A stretch of 46,077 nucleotides of DNA, taken from Octopus bimaculoides (Eukaryota). This document shows positions 1 through 12,544 of the stretch, in pieces (within the stretch, counting starts at the first letter, position 1; every line of letters begins with the position of its first letter). The position numbers and the translations under genes are program-made. Under the pieces are notes generated by a model that was not told where the DNA came from, made no database searches, and worked only from the letters and a program-made list of their open reading frames with translations. The stretch is taken from positions 75,958,210 to 76,004,286 of the forward strand of contig NC_068991.1 in assembly GCF_001194135.2 (NCBI RefSeq), given 5' to 3'.

Positions 1-231
1 TTATAAACACTGTGGTAGTACACCATGCTAAGAATATTGTTTCGATTAGTAAAGAACTCAGGCGTCCGTGGTTATTATTCCTCAACACTCTATATTGTAA
101 ATTTGCGGTTGTGTTCCAGTTATACTGGACTTTACAGAGTGTGATATCGAAGACGATGCATAAACAATGGCGGTCATTACATATTGAAAAATATGTAATG
201 ACCATTATTTATGCCTTGTTTTACTCACAGT

Positions 232-270
<39 letters not shown>

Positions 271-1278
271 ACACACGAACACACACATATACATATTTGA
301 AGGAGGTTATACGTGCAGAAAACTGAATCAGATTATATTAATGTGGAAACATATTTGATGAGTTGGTGTTTATACAAATTTTGTCATATTTCTAAAAAAC
401 ATTCGTTTTCATTCGAGTTTAAATTAAATTTCTAAGGAAAACGTGGGCTGTATAAAAAAAAACCCCAGCTATTTACCCTTAATTGATTAGAGATATTAAA
501 GTAACAAAAACACCATTGTACATATGTAGTTTTGTGAAATCAACGGGGGAAAATACAAAGAAATGATTTCAATAGAGATATAACTAACTGAGATTTTCCA
601 ACAGATAATATTTGTGAATAGACATGAATATTGCATGTCAAGGACAAAAAAAAAAAAAAAATATTCATTTGTGAAATAACGAAAATATTTCATATAATAA
701 CCGGGCGATATAGAAAAGAATACTTGATAGAAACATCACTCCAGGAATTAACCCCTTGCTTCGAGATTAGGAAAGTAATTTTAGAAGTTACATTGTTAGA
801 TGTCTATGCTTTTTCTCAAGGATTTTTATTGCTTCAAGGAAACTGAATTACCTTAAAAGTTAATAGACACATCAGAGACTTGTTTATGCATATTTACGAA
901 TGATAATACGTATGCACTTAATTGGGTGTGAATAAAATCCCATAAATAAGTGTTTATATATATATATATATATATATGGCAACAAAAAAAGAAAGAGACC
1001 TCGATATTATGCATATAGAGGAATTTATCTGTAAAAATATGTGACACTTATTCAGTAGCCATGATAAAACTCCGAGTTTCGGATGCCAGGGTGGGGGGTC
1101 CACTCCAACATCTCTTCAATTATCCAGCCACCGGAATTTTCTTTTGAAAAATGACCGTTGAAGCCAGAGGGAAATTAAAAACAAAGGGAAGTAAACAAAG
1201 GGAAGATAAACAAAGAGAAATTACTGTGTAGTGACCAAACGCGTCTAAAACTGCGTATATGATTCACGCATGCACACC

Positions 1279-1310
<32 letters not shown>

Positions 1311-3390
1311 CACACACACATATATATATAAGCGTATGTGTGTGGGCGGGTGTTTATATATATATACATATATATATAGATACCACAGGGAGGAGAAATT
1401 TCATGNNNNNNNNNNNNNNNNNNNNNNNNNNNNNNNNNNNNNNNNNNNNNNNNNNNNNNNNNNNNNNNNNNNNNNNNNNNNNNNNNNNNNNNNNNNNNNN
1501 NNNNNNNNNNNNNNNNNNNNNNNNNNNNNNNNNNNNNNNNNNNNNNNNNNNNNNNNNNNNNNNNNNNNNNNNNNNNNNNNNNNNNNNNNNNNNNNNNNNN
1601 NNNNNNNNNNNNNNNNNNNNNNNNNNNNNNNNNNNNNNNNNNNNNNNNNNNNNNNNNNNNNNNNNNNNNNNNNNNNNNNNNNNNNNNNNNNNNNNNNNNN
1701 NNNNNNNNNNNNNNNNNNNNNNNNNNNNNNNNNNNNNNNNNNNNNNNNNNNNNNNNNNNNNNNNNNNNNNNNNNNNNNNNNNNNNNNNNNNNNNNNNNNN
1801 NNNNNNNNNNNNNNNNNNNNNNNNNNNNNNNNNNNNNNNNNNNNNNNNNNNNNNNNNNNNNNNNNNNNNNNNNNNNNNNNNNNNNNNNNNNNNNNNNNNN
1901 NNNNNNNNNNNNNNNNNNNNNNNNNNNNNNNNNNNNNNNNNNNNNNNNNNNNNNNNNNNNNNNNNNNNNNNNNNNNNNNNNNNNNNNNNNNNNNNNNNNN
2001 NNNNNNNNNNNNNNNNNNNNNNNNNNNNNNNNNNNNNNNNNNNNNNNNNNNNNNNNNNNNNNNNNNNNNNNNNNNNNNNNNNNNNNNNNNNNNNNNNNNN
2101 NNNNNNNNNNNNNNNNNNNNNNNNNNNNNNNNNNNNNNNNNNNNNNNNNNNNNNNNNNNNNNNNNNNNNNNNNNNNNNNNNNNNNNNNNNNNNNNNNNNN
2201 NNNNNNNNNNNNNNNNNNNNNNNNNNNNNNNNNNNNNNNNNNNNNNNNNNNNNNNNNNNNNNNNNNNNNNNNNNNNTTTATATATATATACATATATATA
2301 TAGATACCACAGGGAGGAGAAATTTCATGCGTGGTTAAGCAAGTGTTTCTGATTCCTTAGTGACACTCGCGTTTCTCCTTCGTTATAGTTACAGAAGAAA
2401 AAATGTTCTGTGGTGTATCATTCATTCTTTGCTTGATAAATAAAGTTGTAGGATGCGCGTTCTTACATGTCTACACATGCTTTTCCATATAGATACGAGG
2501 CACACACACACCTATGCCTACGCAGAAGCCAGTACCAAGCGTCTATGTATATAAGAGAGAGAGAAAAAGGAAAATAAAATAAAAGTTGACACTGCAGTAT
2601 GTTCAGGTTCTTCGTTTTAATTCCTCTTCGTCAAGATAAAAGTCATGACTTATCTCATTAATGCCTAATCTTTTTCCTGCATTACTATGGTTTTATTAAT
2701 CACTGCCATGTATTCCATAGTCCTTATAAATGCACGTATGTAATGTGTGTATGTATATAATGCATGTAATGTATGTATGCACGTATGTATGTATGCATGT
2801 GTCTGTACGTATGCAAGTGTGCATCTATTTACGTACGTATGTTTGCATATATGTGTTGGGGGTGACGCTGGAAATTAGGGCATATAATTGCGAATGTTAG
2901 TGTGTAATATAGAGAAATTAGCGTTAAGCATTCCAAGACCAGAACAGCAAAGGATTTCATGCATAATTACCACATCTCTTTATTATAGCTCTACAAATAT
3001 ATAAAACACTTTGTGAAAGCATTGAATCACCGGAAATTAATTTCTTTCGATGAATCTCTAGAAGGCTTCCACATTTGCTGAAATTAAACTCGAAAACCTG
3101 TGCATTCCCTTCTCTTACTCCTCCTCCTACAGGATATTTGGCATAACTGATATTCTTTGCTTTTGAAAGTGCTATAGTGTTGAACGTGCTGCGCAGTCTT
3201 TCCGGAGAAATAAACGGTAATAATTTTGGGAACACGGTGCACACAAACACGTGTTAGAGCAATTGCATATGTTTTGAAACTGCTATGGATATAAATGACG
3301 GCAAATATATTTGAGAGAATGTAACCAAGTTGTAGTAAGCAGAACGCGCGCGCACACACACATATATATATATAGATATATAGATATATA

Positions 3391-3686
3391 GACGCAGTAG
3401 TGGCTGCGTGGTAAGTAGCTCACTTACCAATCAAATTATTCCAGGTTCAGTCCCACTGTGTGTCACCTTGGGCAAGTGTCTTCTACGATAGCCTCCGGCC
3501 GACCAGAGACTTGTTAGTGGAGTTGGTAGGTGGAAACTCAAAGAAGCCCGACGTATGCATATATATATATATATATGTATATGAGTGTGTGAGTTTGTGT
3601 GTCAGTGTTTTCCTACCTCCATCGCTTGACAACCACCGTAACTTAGCGGTTCGGCAAAAGAAGCGATAGAATAAATACTAGGCTTA
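3391..3686 (+). mobile_element. tRNA-derived SINE, family A, 3'-truncated
   Basis: A-box-like TGGCTGCGTGG (3401-3411) and B-box-like GGTTCAGTCC (3444-3453), then ACCTTGGGCAAGT and an internal (TA)/(GT) tract. The 3' part CCGTAACTTAGCGGTTCGGCAAAA is shared with the copies at 4408, 42085 and 42750. Confidence 0.85.
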
Positions 3687-4402
3687 TGAGGCCTGTCTGA
3701 GGAGAAGAAATTTATTGCGGACGTTGAGGTAAATCGCAGAAATTCTCGAGTGATTGGATACAACCCTTCTGACGTCCCTGCTGTGTTTGAAACTAAGAAT
3801 CCTGCCTCTGTGATAGTATTTGGAGCCGTGGCGAGTGATGGAATTGTCATGGATCTGCACTTCCTTGGGTCTGGTTTGAAGAGATCGGTACAAAAGGGCA
3901 TCTCGACATCCTGAAGAACTTTGTGTTACCTTGGATGGAGCAGAAGTTTGGGCTTGACAATATGGTGCTTATCCAGGATTTTGCACCATGCCATGGCTCA
4001 AAAGCAGCAGAGGCCTTCTTTGGTGAGAAGGTGCCATTTTTTGTGAGGGCCAGCACCTGGCCCAGTAATAAGCAAGATCTCACCCTTCTCGATTACTTTT
4101 TATGAAGTACACTTCAAGCAAGGACTAATGCTTCCCCACCCACGATTATCAATAGTTTGAAAACCTGCATCGTACGTGCGGCGGCACGCAATATCAAAAA
4201 GGTGGAGGTTGCAGTAGCTGAAAAAAGTTTCTTTCGCGTGTGGAGGCACTAATTGCCCAAGAGGGCGGTGATATTGAGTGTTAAATGTTTTTGTTGTAAT
4301 AAATGTTACATAGGAATTATGTCTGTCTACTACCATTAATTTAGTATTTATAACCAGTTTTCTAGATCGTACAAATTGTCTCAATTCATCTGCAAGAGGC
4401 TG
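3687..4402 (+). mobile_element. Tc1/mariner-superfamily transposase remnant, DD37D (maT/mori type), 5'-truncated
   Basis: Translation with frameshifts gives SEEKKFIADVEVNRRNSRVIG...KNPASVIVFGAVASDG.../...VLIQD-FAPCHGSK...WPSNKQDLTLL-DYFL*.../RVEALIAQEGGDIEC* (stop 4282-4284). There are 37 residues between the second and third catalytic D. The putative right end is CTG (4402) followed by TA. No left TIR is present. Confidence 0.85.
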
Positions 4403-4407
4403 TATAT

Positions 4408-4528
4408 AGGAGCGGCTGTGTGGTAAGTAGCTTGCTTTCCAACCACATGGCTCCAGGTTCAGTCCCACTGTGTGGCACCCTGGGAAAGTGAAAGAATCCC
4501 GTCATATATATATATATANNNNNNNNNN

Positions 4529-4609
<81 letters not shown>

Positions 4610-4840
4610 TTTGTGTGTATGTGTGAATATATGTTTGTGCGCCTCTGTTTGTTTCCCCAACATCGCTTGACAACCTATGCTGGTTTGTTTACGCCCCGTA
4701 ACCTAGCGGTTCGGCAAAACATGACGATAGAAAAGTACTAGGCTTAAAAAGAATAACTCCTGAGGTCGATTTGTACGACTAAACGTGGTGCTACAGTATG
4801 GCCGCTGTCAAATGAATGAAACAGATGAAAGAATAAAAGA
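4408..4840 (+). mobile_element. SINE family A, internally deleted
   Basis: Head GGAGCGGCTGTGTGGTAAGTAGC...GGTTCAGTCCC, internal (TA)(GT)(GA) tract, and 3' region ending TGAAACAGATGAAAGAATAAAAGA. Homologous to 3391-3686. Confidence 0.85.
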
Positions 4841-4954
4841 AGCAATATATGGGTGTGTGTGTGCGTACGTGCGTGTGTGTACAGGCGCGTGTGTGTTTCT
4901 GTGAGCGTGTGTTTGTGTATGTTGGTGCGTTTTGCTTTTATTATTATCAGCAGG

Positions 4955-5124
4955 TATTGGTTTGTTTACGACCTCATGACTTAGCAGTTCCGCAAAAGAG
5001 ACGAAAAATAAGTACATTTTGAAAAAAACTAAATACTGGAGTTCATTCGATGAAATAAACCGTTCAATGTAGTGCCCCAGCATGGATGCAATCCAATGAC
5101 TGAAACAAGCGAAAGAATTAAAGA
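4955..5124 (+). mobile_element. SINE family A-related 3' half, diverged
   Basis: TTTGTTTACGACCTCATGACTTAGCAGTTCCGCAAAAGAG...CAGCATGG...ATGACTGAAACAAG matches 4686-4830 by eye. Confidence 0.7.
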
Positions 5125-5580
5125 CTGTAATTGAAATTGAATATTAGGAGCTGTGTAACAAACTTGCAAAATTAAAAGGAGAATCTGGCAAGAATTATAA
5201 TCAATCCTGTTTCTCGGACTACGATTTGTTTTTCTGGATGATATTTTTCTTACGTTCTTAAATAGGCAGCACTTGAAAAACACTTTACGAAACGAATATT
5301 TCTATAAAGGATATTAATGTGAAAAGATAAATAATAATAATAATTACGTTAAAAGTGTTCACTTAAGTGAGTGAAGACTCACTAACGACTTTATTATAAT
5401 CAATATATTTTAAAGATTGCAATGAAAAATCTCTTTATCGACTAATGAACATTTACTTCGTTATCCGATAAAATATAATTAATGCCAACACGTAAGAGAT
5501 TCTTCTAATATTTTGCCTGAAGATTATTTAGAAAAAACTTGATAATACATTTTCATAAATTTCTGCGACATTTTGTTGTC

Positions 5581-6179
5581 CTTATCATCATCCTTCTTCT
5601 TCTTCTTCTTCTTCTTCTTCTTCTTCTTCTTCTTCTTCTTCTTCTTCTTCTTCTTTTTCTTCTTCTTCTTCTTCTTCTTCTTCTTCTTCTTCTTCTTCTT
5701 CCTCNNNNNNNNNNNNNNNNNNNNNNNNNNNNNNNNNNNNNNNNNNNNNNNNNNNNNNNNNNNNNNNNNNNNNNNNNNNNNNNNNNNNNNNNNNNNNNNN
5801 NNNNNNNNNNNNNNNNNNNNNNNNNNNNNNNNNNNNNNNNNNNNNNNNNNNNNNNNNNNNNNNNNNNNNNNNNNNNNNNNNNNNNNNNNNNNNNNNNNNN
5901 NNNNNNNNNNNNNNNNNNNNNNNNNNNNNNNNNNNNNNNNNNNNNNNNNNNNNNNNNNNNNNNNNNNNNNNNNNNNNNNNNNNNNNNNNNNNNNNNNNNN
6001 NNNNNNNNNNNNNNNNNNNNNNNNNNNNNNNNNNNNNNNNNNNNNNNNNNNNNNNNNNNNNNNNNNNNNNNNNNNNNNNNNNNNNNNNNNNNNNNNNNNN
6101 NNNNNNNNNNNNNNNNNNNNNNNNNNNNNNNNNNNNNNNNNNNNNNNNNNNNNCTTCTTCTTCTTCTTCTTCTTCTTCT

Positions 6180-6226
<47 letters not shown>

Positions 6227-6292
6227 TTCTTCTTGCTGTTATAATCATCATCATCATTATCATCATCACCATCATCACCATCATCGTCATCA

Positions 6293-6334
<42 letters not shown>

Positions 6335-6345
6335 TCATCATTATT
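5581..6345. repeat. compound trinucleotide microsatellite (CTT)n / (ATC)n / (GTC)n spanning a gap
   Basis: Directly visible; N-gap at 5705-6153. Confidence 0.95.
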
Positions 6346-8922
6346 CTCTCTTAGCGTCGCAAGAGTTATTCCTGAATGAGCTGGTTTCGAGATTTGTGTT
6401 TAGGTTTCTTTTTAAATTGTATCACATACACCGAGTCAATTCGAGTCGTTCGAGAAAAACTCCGCAGTAAATTTCTTTATTTTTCGGCAAATATGAAAAT
6501 GTTTACAATAATTATTTCAATGCGTTACAGCAACTTTTTATATGCCAAGAAAAACAACTATGTGAAGCATCTGATTTGATAGTTACACAATATACACAAA
6601 ACAAGGAAAGCATGAAAGCGAAAACAAGGCAAATCCGAACATATGTTTACATATATATATATATATANNNNNNNNNNNNNNNNNNNNNNNNNNNNNNNNN
6701 NNNNNNNNNNNNNNNNNNNNNNNNNNNNNNNNNNNNNNNNNNNNNNNNNNNNNNNNNNNNNNNNNNNNNNNNNNNNNNNNNNNNNNNNNNNNNNNNNNNN
6801 NNNNNNNNNNNNNNNNNNNNNNNNNNNNNNNNNNNNNNNNNNNNNNNNNNNNNNNNNNNNNNNNNNNNNNNNNNNNNNNNNNNNNNNNNNNNNNNNNNNN
6901 NNNNNNNNNNNNNNNNNNNNNNNNNNNNNNNNNNNNNNNNNNNNNNNNNNNNNNNNNNNNNNNNNNNNNNNNNNNNACAGAGTGAGACAAAAGTAACGCG
7001 CTTTGTATTTGAGATGTTTGAGATTTTTAGTTTCTAATGGAGATTCTTTTTTATTTCCTAAAACTTCTGCGATTTTTTTTCATTAGTTTATCATTCGTTT
7101 TTGTTTTAAGTAATGGAATCGATTTTCGTTCAATGAAGAATTACTTAATAAACATTTATATATATTTATAGTATATAAATATTTATTAAGTAACTTTTTT
7201 ATTGAACACAAATTTATTACATTACTTAAAGAAATGAATAATAAATAAGTTATGAAATGGAAAAAGAGCGTTACTTCTGCCGCATCCTGTATACGCCTAT
7301 GTATACATATACGTGTCACCATTCTCTGATGGCATAAACGCAAAGGAGAATACAAATACATTCAATAATTTCTCATTCACGTTGCATTGTATAAAACCCT
7401 GTGATAAAATTTTCAATTTTAATGCATTTCCTTCAACAGCTGACTTTATAACTGTATATATTCAAATTAATATAAACAAGTTACAAAAGGAATTTCCAAA
7501 ATCCCAATTAATTGACTTATTTAACGGGTTTCTGTTATGGAAAGACACGTTTCGTATTATGAAGTTTTCATGCTTAGAAAACAACTAAAATTAATTACGT
7601 CGACATATGGGATTCTATCTACTCGTAACGTTGCAAATTGCTTTATAGATTTGTCAATACTGCCATAATTAGTATTGACGAATGCGCCCTGCGGTTTAGG
7701 CATGATCTCTTTATTCTTTCAAAACTTATTTTCTATTGTTTTAATTATGTGTTATTATTGAATAGTGAAAATAGTGAAAATAAATACAATAAGGGTAACT
7801 AACGAATCAGAAATCAAATTATGGAAATGTTAACATGTCGGGCAAATTGAATATTGAACTTACTCTTAATGATGTCTAAATTTTGTTTTTATTTATCTTA
7901 GAATTTATGCGCTGAATTTTTCAGTATTAATATGATATTTATTATTTGTAGCACCTGGTATTCAGGAAACCTCAAGTAACATTATGCTTTCTCTTCATAT
8001 TATATCGTCTGCAACGCAATAACTCGACCATTTGCAATTTGATAAATCAGACTCTTGCGGAAAGACATACTTTTAATTAATTTTGTTTCTTTGGAAATAT
8101 CAAATTCGATCTATGTGTATTTCCTATTATCATTTATGTCTTAGAGGTAATATCCATCCGTACACAAGATTTCTGCCTCAATAGATCCGAGTCTCGTTTA
8201 TCAAATCCAAATGTGGCTCTTCAAGTCAAATTAGTTTTCTTCTGACTTAGAATAAAGTGATAGAAAACATTCCATTTTCAATGATAACGATACTCTACAG
8301 AAACACTTTTAGCTCTGTCATTATTTTCGTTGTGAATTCAGTTCTACATTTGTTTTCTTTTTCTTTCCTTATTTGTTTGTATGCATTTAAAGCATTAAAT
8401 CAATTCAATCCTATCTTTAAAACTGAAATCATTACTGGATTTGCTACAGCTATAAAAGATCAGAAACCAGCTGTAATCTCATATATCATATCTGATTTAA
8501 TATGCAGACAACTGTAAATGGCTTTCATATTTCTATGTTGTTATTTTGCTGGAAATATTGTGGAACCGCCAGACGAACATTAGTTAAAATATGTTCAGTC
8601 TGTTTTGAAATCTCGACGACACACTGCAACAATAAGTAATATATGAATCGTAAACCAAAATTTATTCATTTCATCATCGTAATCAAGATTTCTGTACAGA
8701 TTTTGTAAGAGCAAAATAGCTTTACAGATTTATTTGTCATATTGGAAACAATTTTTTAAAACCTAAAATGTCTTTTACAGTAAAAGTTTCTACGCCACCT
8801 AAAATATATGCCGCAGAATTCTTTTTGCGAGTTCTAGGTAGTTTCGAATCAATAATAACATTGAACAATGTTATTTCTTAGCCATGACTAATATAAAATA
8901 TCTGAATATTTTATAAATTCCC

Positions 8923-8954
<32 letters not shown>

Positions 8955-8999
<45 letters not shown>

Positions 9000-9069
9000 C
9001 CACTGCTTGGAATCGTACTCGGAATCTTAGGGTTAGTAGCCCTTACTTTTAACCACTACGCCATATGCC
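8955..9069 (-). mobile_element. short tRNA-derived SINE / tRNA pseudogene with (AAT)n tail
   Basis: Minus strand reads GGCATATGGCGTAGTGGTTAAAAGTAAGGGCTACTAACCCTAAGATTCCGAGTACGATTCCAAGCAGTGGCCTG(AAT)n. It contains an A box TGGCGTAGTGG, a degenerate B box GAGTACGATTCC and the stem-loop AGGG-CTACTAA-CCCT. Confidence 0.7.
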
Positions 9070-9143
9070 TGATGAGGGCTGAAGGCTATATCAGCCGAAA
9101 TGTTCTGCTAAGAACAAACAGGATGGGGGCAAATATCCGTCAA
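9069..9143 (+). ncRNA. hammerhead-ribozyme-like core, probable Penelope-type terminal repeat fragment
   Basis: CTGATGA (9069-9075), G, GGCTGA/TCAGCC perfect 6-bp stem II, GAAA (9097-9100), then TGTT (AACGTT palindrome with CpG decay). The stem I 5' strand is replaced by the adjacent SINE head. Confidence 0.55.
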
Positions 9144-10061
9144 CTGCCACCTCCAAAGAAACCATTGATCATCTTCGTCACATGGAGAAGAATGACAGGC
9201 GATTGACCATGAATCGAATAGCCAATACTATTCGCATATCCAGTGAAAGGATATTCTACATCATAAACTGAGCATGACGCCGGTTTCTACTCGGTCGGTG
9301 CCACGTCGTTGACACCTCTTCAAAAGCGCATCAGGCTGATCACATCAAGGGGAAATCCAACATTGTTTGAGGCAGATCCAGCTGGTTTCTTTGAACATTT
9401 CCTCAATCACAGTGAGTTGAGTTCATTACTTTGAACCAGAGACAAAGAGAAAATTCATGCAGAGGAAAAAAATCTCTCCTCACCTGATCCAAAGAGGTCA
9501 CCTTCTCCAAGAGGTCACCTGCTCCCAGAGGTCACCTGCTCCAAGGTCGTTTCATATGCAGAGAAGGTGGTGGCAAGAAAGCACTGTATTTATCAATTAT
9601 TTTCAAAGGGGCTACACTATCAATAGAGAGTACTATGCCAGCTTGCTAAGGCAGTTACGAAAGGATATCAAGACCAAACGGCCGGGAAATCTGGCCAAAT
9701 GGGCCTTGTTTCATCAGATCAAACCGTTTGTTTGAACGTCTGTTGTGCGTAACAGCAGATTTGAGCTGATTAATCACCCTCCCTATTCTCTTGACTTGAC
9801 CCACAACCGACTATAATCTGCTCCCTAACATGAAAAAACATTTCGCTGGGAAGCAATATTAAAGTGATTATGACGTCATAACTGTGATGTTTTTTTTTGG
9901 CGGGCAGGAGGGAAGCTTCTTTGCCAATGGAACCCAAGCAGTACAACACCAATAGAAGACGTGTAGAGGTGCAACGAGGACCTTGTTCAAACGTTAACCT
10001 CATTAGGTCACATTCCATGAGAATATATTGTTCAGACTATGAACTTGTCCGCACATTTTGT
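9138..10061 (+). mobile_element. degenerate mariner (DD34D-type) transposase remnant
   Basis: Pieces translate as PSTATSKETIDHLRHMEKNDRRLTMNRIANTI, STRSVPRR (WVPR-like), VHYFEPETKR, GYTINREYYASLLRQLRKDIKTKRPG..ALFHQ, HPPYSLDLT/TDYNLLPNMKKH (YSPDLAPSDY-like) and FFANGTQAVQHQ*KTCVEV. Multiple frameshifts and stops; no left end. Confidence 0.85.
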
Positions 10062-10452
10062 TTGAATGCTTTTATACATGCAATAAACTCTCATACGCAT
10101 ACAAGAAGCCATGTGTGTGTGTGTGTATACACACACACACACACACATCATTCATATATATATATATATATATATANNNNNNNNNNNNNNNNNNNNNNNN
10201 NNNNNNNNNNNNNNNNNNNNNNNNNNNNNNNNNNNNNNNNNNNNNNNNNNNNNNNNNNNNNNNNNNNNNNNNNNNNNNNNNNNNNNNNNNNNNNNNNNNN
10301 NNNNNNNNNNNNNNNNNNNNNNNNNNNNNNNNNNNNNNNNNNNNNNNNNNNNNNNNNNNNNNNNNNNNNNNNNNNNNNNNNNNNNNNNNNNNNNNNNNNN
10401 NNNNNNNNNNNNNNNNNNNNNNNNNNNNNNNATATATATATATATACATATG

Positions 10453-10486
<34 letters not shown>

Positions 10487-10499
10487 TATATATAAGTTA

Positions 10500-10710
10500 T
10501 ATTTAAAATTAAAGTTTAGGTAGGAGACTTTAAGTTGTAGTATCCAAAACTTGTAGTGTGCTTGTAGAGCATGCTCACTGCTTGCTGCTATCAAGCGTCA
10601 TTCGATGTAGTGCAATCTCGTTGCTGGAAGTACGTAAGGAATTCCTCAGTGCACGTTGTCCGAAATAAAGCTTCCAACACACTTAGTCCGTATTAATAGT
10701 CTAGAATATA
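10500..10710 (-). mobile_element. possible highly decayed GIY-YIG (Penelope-like) endonuclease remnant
   Basis: With one frameshift it reads TKC-WKLYFGQ...LHRMTL, reminiscent of CxxCxxxYIGQT. It lies next to the hammerhead-like segment at 10823. Weak. Confidence 0.3.
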
Positions 10711-10764
10711 TATACATATACATATATGTATACATATACATTTTCAAAATGTAAGTACATGTGA

Positions 10765-10935
10765 ATCGTTAGCGGTTTTTTCCCCTCCGTCTTCCTTTTT
10801 TGGGGGGACTTTCCACTATTTCCTGTTTCCGAATAAGAGCTTTCTCGAAACGTAAAACCAGCTTCTTTTTCCTTCCTTGAGCGTCTGCTAATACTTTACA
10901 TGGACCACATCCTCGCGTCGTTATTTTGTGTTTAT
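10765..10935 (+). mobile_element. probable Penelope-type terminal repeat containing a degenerate minimal hammerhead (10823-10861)
   Basis: CTGTTT-CCGAATAA-GAG(CTTT)CTC-GAAA-CG-TA-AAAC(C)AG gives stem I, stem II and a palindromic ACGT stem III with a GUA site. Two core substitutions relative to CUGANGA. Confidence 0.5.
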
Positions 10936-10959
10936 TCTTCGCTTTTTTTATTTACTCTC

Positions 10960-11215
<256 letters not shown>

Positions 11216-11525
11216 TATGCATGTGGGAAAGAAAAAGCTAGGGGAGTCATTATCGACTGTAAATTCAATCGTAGACTTCCTAAGGGTATCTGGTGCCACT
11301 GGTAATACCTCTTCGCCAACTATAAAATAGTGGCCCTCTCCAGACTAATAAGGCAACCCACATTGGAGAAGGCCACTCAAGCGTAAGATCAATAACTTAC
11401 TGGTCACCACAGCCGTCTGACGCTGCTAAGTCATTTTGTTCAGATCTGAGGACACGAAGAATCTGTCATCATGCAATTATACACAAACAAACACGCACAC
11501 ATACATACACACGAACACACACACA

Positions 11526-11562
<37 letters not shown>

Positions 11563-12469
11563 CCTCTTTTTCTCTCTCCCTCCCTCTTTTTCTCTCTCTC
11601 TCTCTCTCTCTCCCTCTCTCTCTCCCGCACACATACACACACACACATAAGTTTATATGTGTGTATATTTCTCTTAATAAAACTTATGTCCAGACATCTT
11701 TATTTGTATAAGACAGACAAAAGTCTGTTAAAATAATTTAGACTTTAAAGAAATATATATATATTTCATAAATTACTGCCAAAAACATCGAAATTTCATT
11801 CAATCAGGGTGAAAGAAGATATCTCATACCTGGCTTTTTCTGACCTCAGTAAATTTCCTATTAAACGAAAATAAATCCTACAGCGATTCTGATAACAAAA
11901 TGGCCTCTCCAGTTCACTGAAGCAAATTGACAATATACGTAAAGAATTAAAAAGAGAAGAAAAAAACTATATCGGCTGAAAATATACGTGATTAGGGAAA
12001 TGTTTAAGAAACATATGATATATTTCTATAGGTATATAGTTATACACAGTCGTATTACGTACGATGACATTTTATGTATAGTTGAAATAGATACAGTGAC
12101 ACCCACTTAATGTCATACCTTATACAAATAGATGTGCTGGCAATATCCTTCTAAAGAAGCAACATGATCCATTGCAATGTCCGTTTGTTACTTGAAAAGG
12201 AATCTGTGTAACGCTACTCAAAAGGAAATTTGCTTTAGTGCAATAAAATCAGTTTTCGGTAATATATGATATAATGCAGACTCGAATGAATACAAAAGGA
12301 ATTTGAGGCAGACATTATTAAAATTATATACGTAATATAAATTCAGGTGTTTGCAGACACATACGCACGCACACACTGACATAAATATACATACATACTT
12401 AGACACCTTCACATACATATATGTATCTGCATATATATACACACACATATATATATATATCCATATGTA

Positions 12470-12505
<36 letters not shown>

Positions 12506-12544
12506 CTTGTATTCGTCTACTTGTTTCAGTGATTTGACTGCATA

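Noticed and set aside
1353-2329. Identical 53-bp sequence on both sides of the first gap (1353-1405 and 2277-2329)
   Set aside because: Exact duplication at contig ends is most simply an unmerged overlap, so the 871-N gap may be spurious. Not treated as a biological direct repeat without long reads.
3133-3216. Polypyrimidine-AG ... GT exon-like segment
   Set aside because: All three frames contain stops and the donor is weak. A non-coding exon cannot be supported without RNA data.
11230-11450. GC-richer island that may be a repeat fragment
   Set aside because: No second copy in the window and no recognisable motif, so it cannot be classified.
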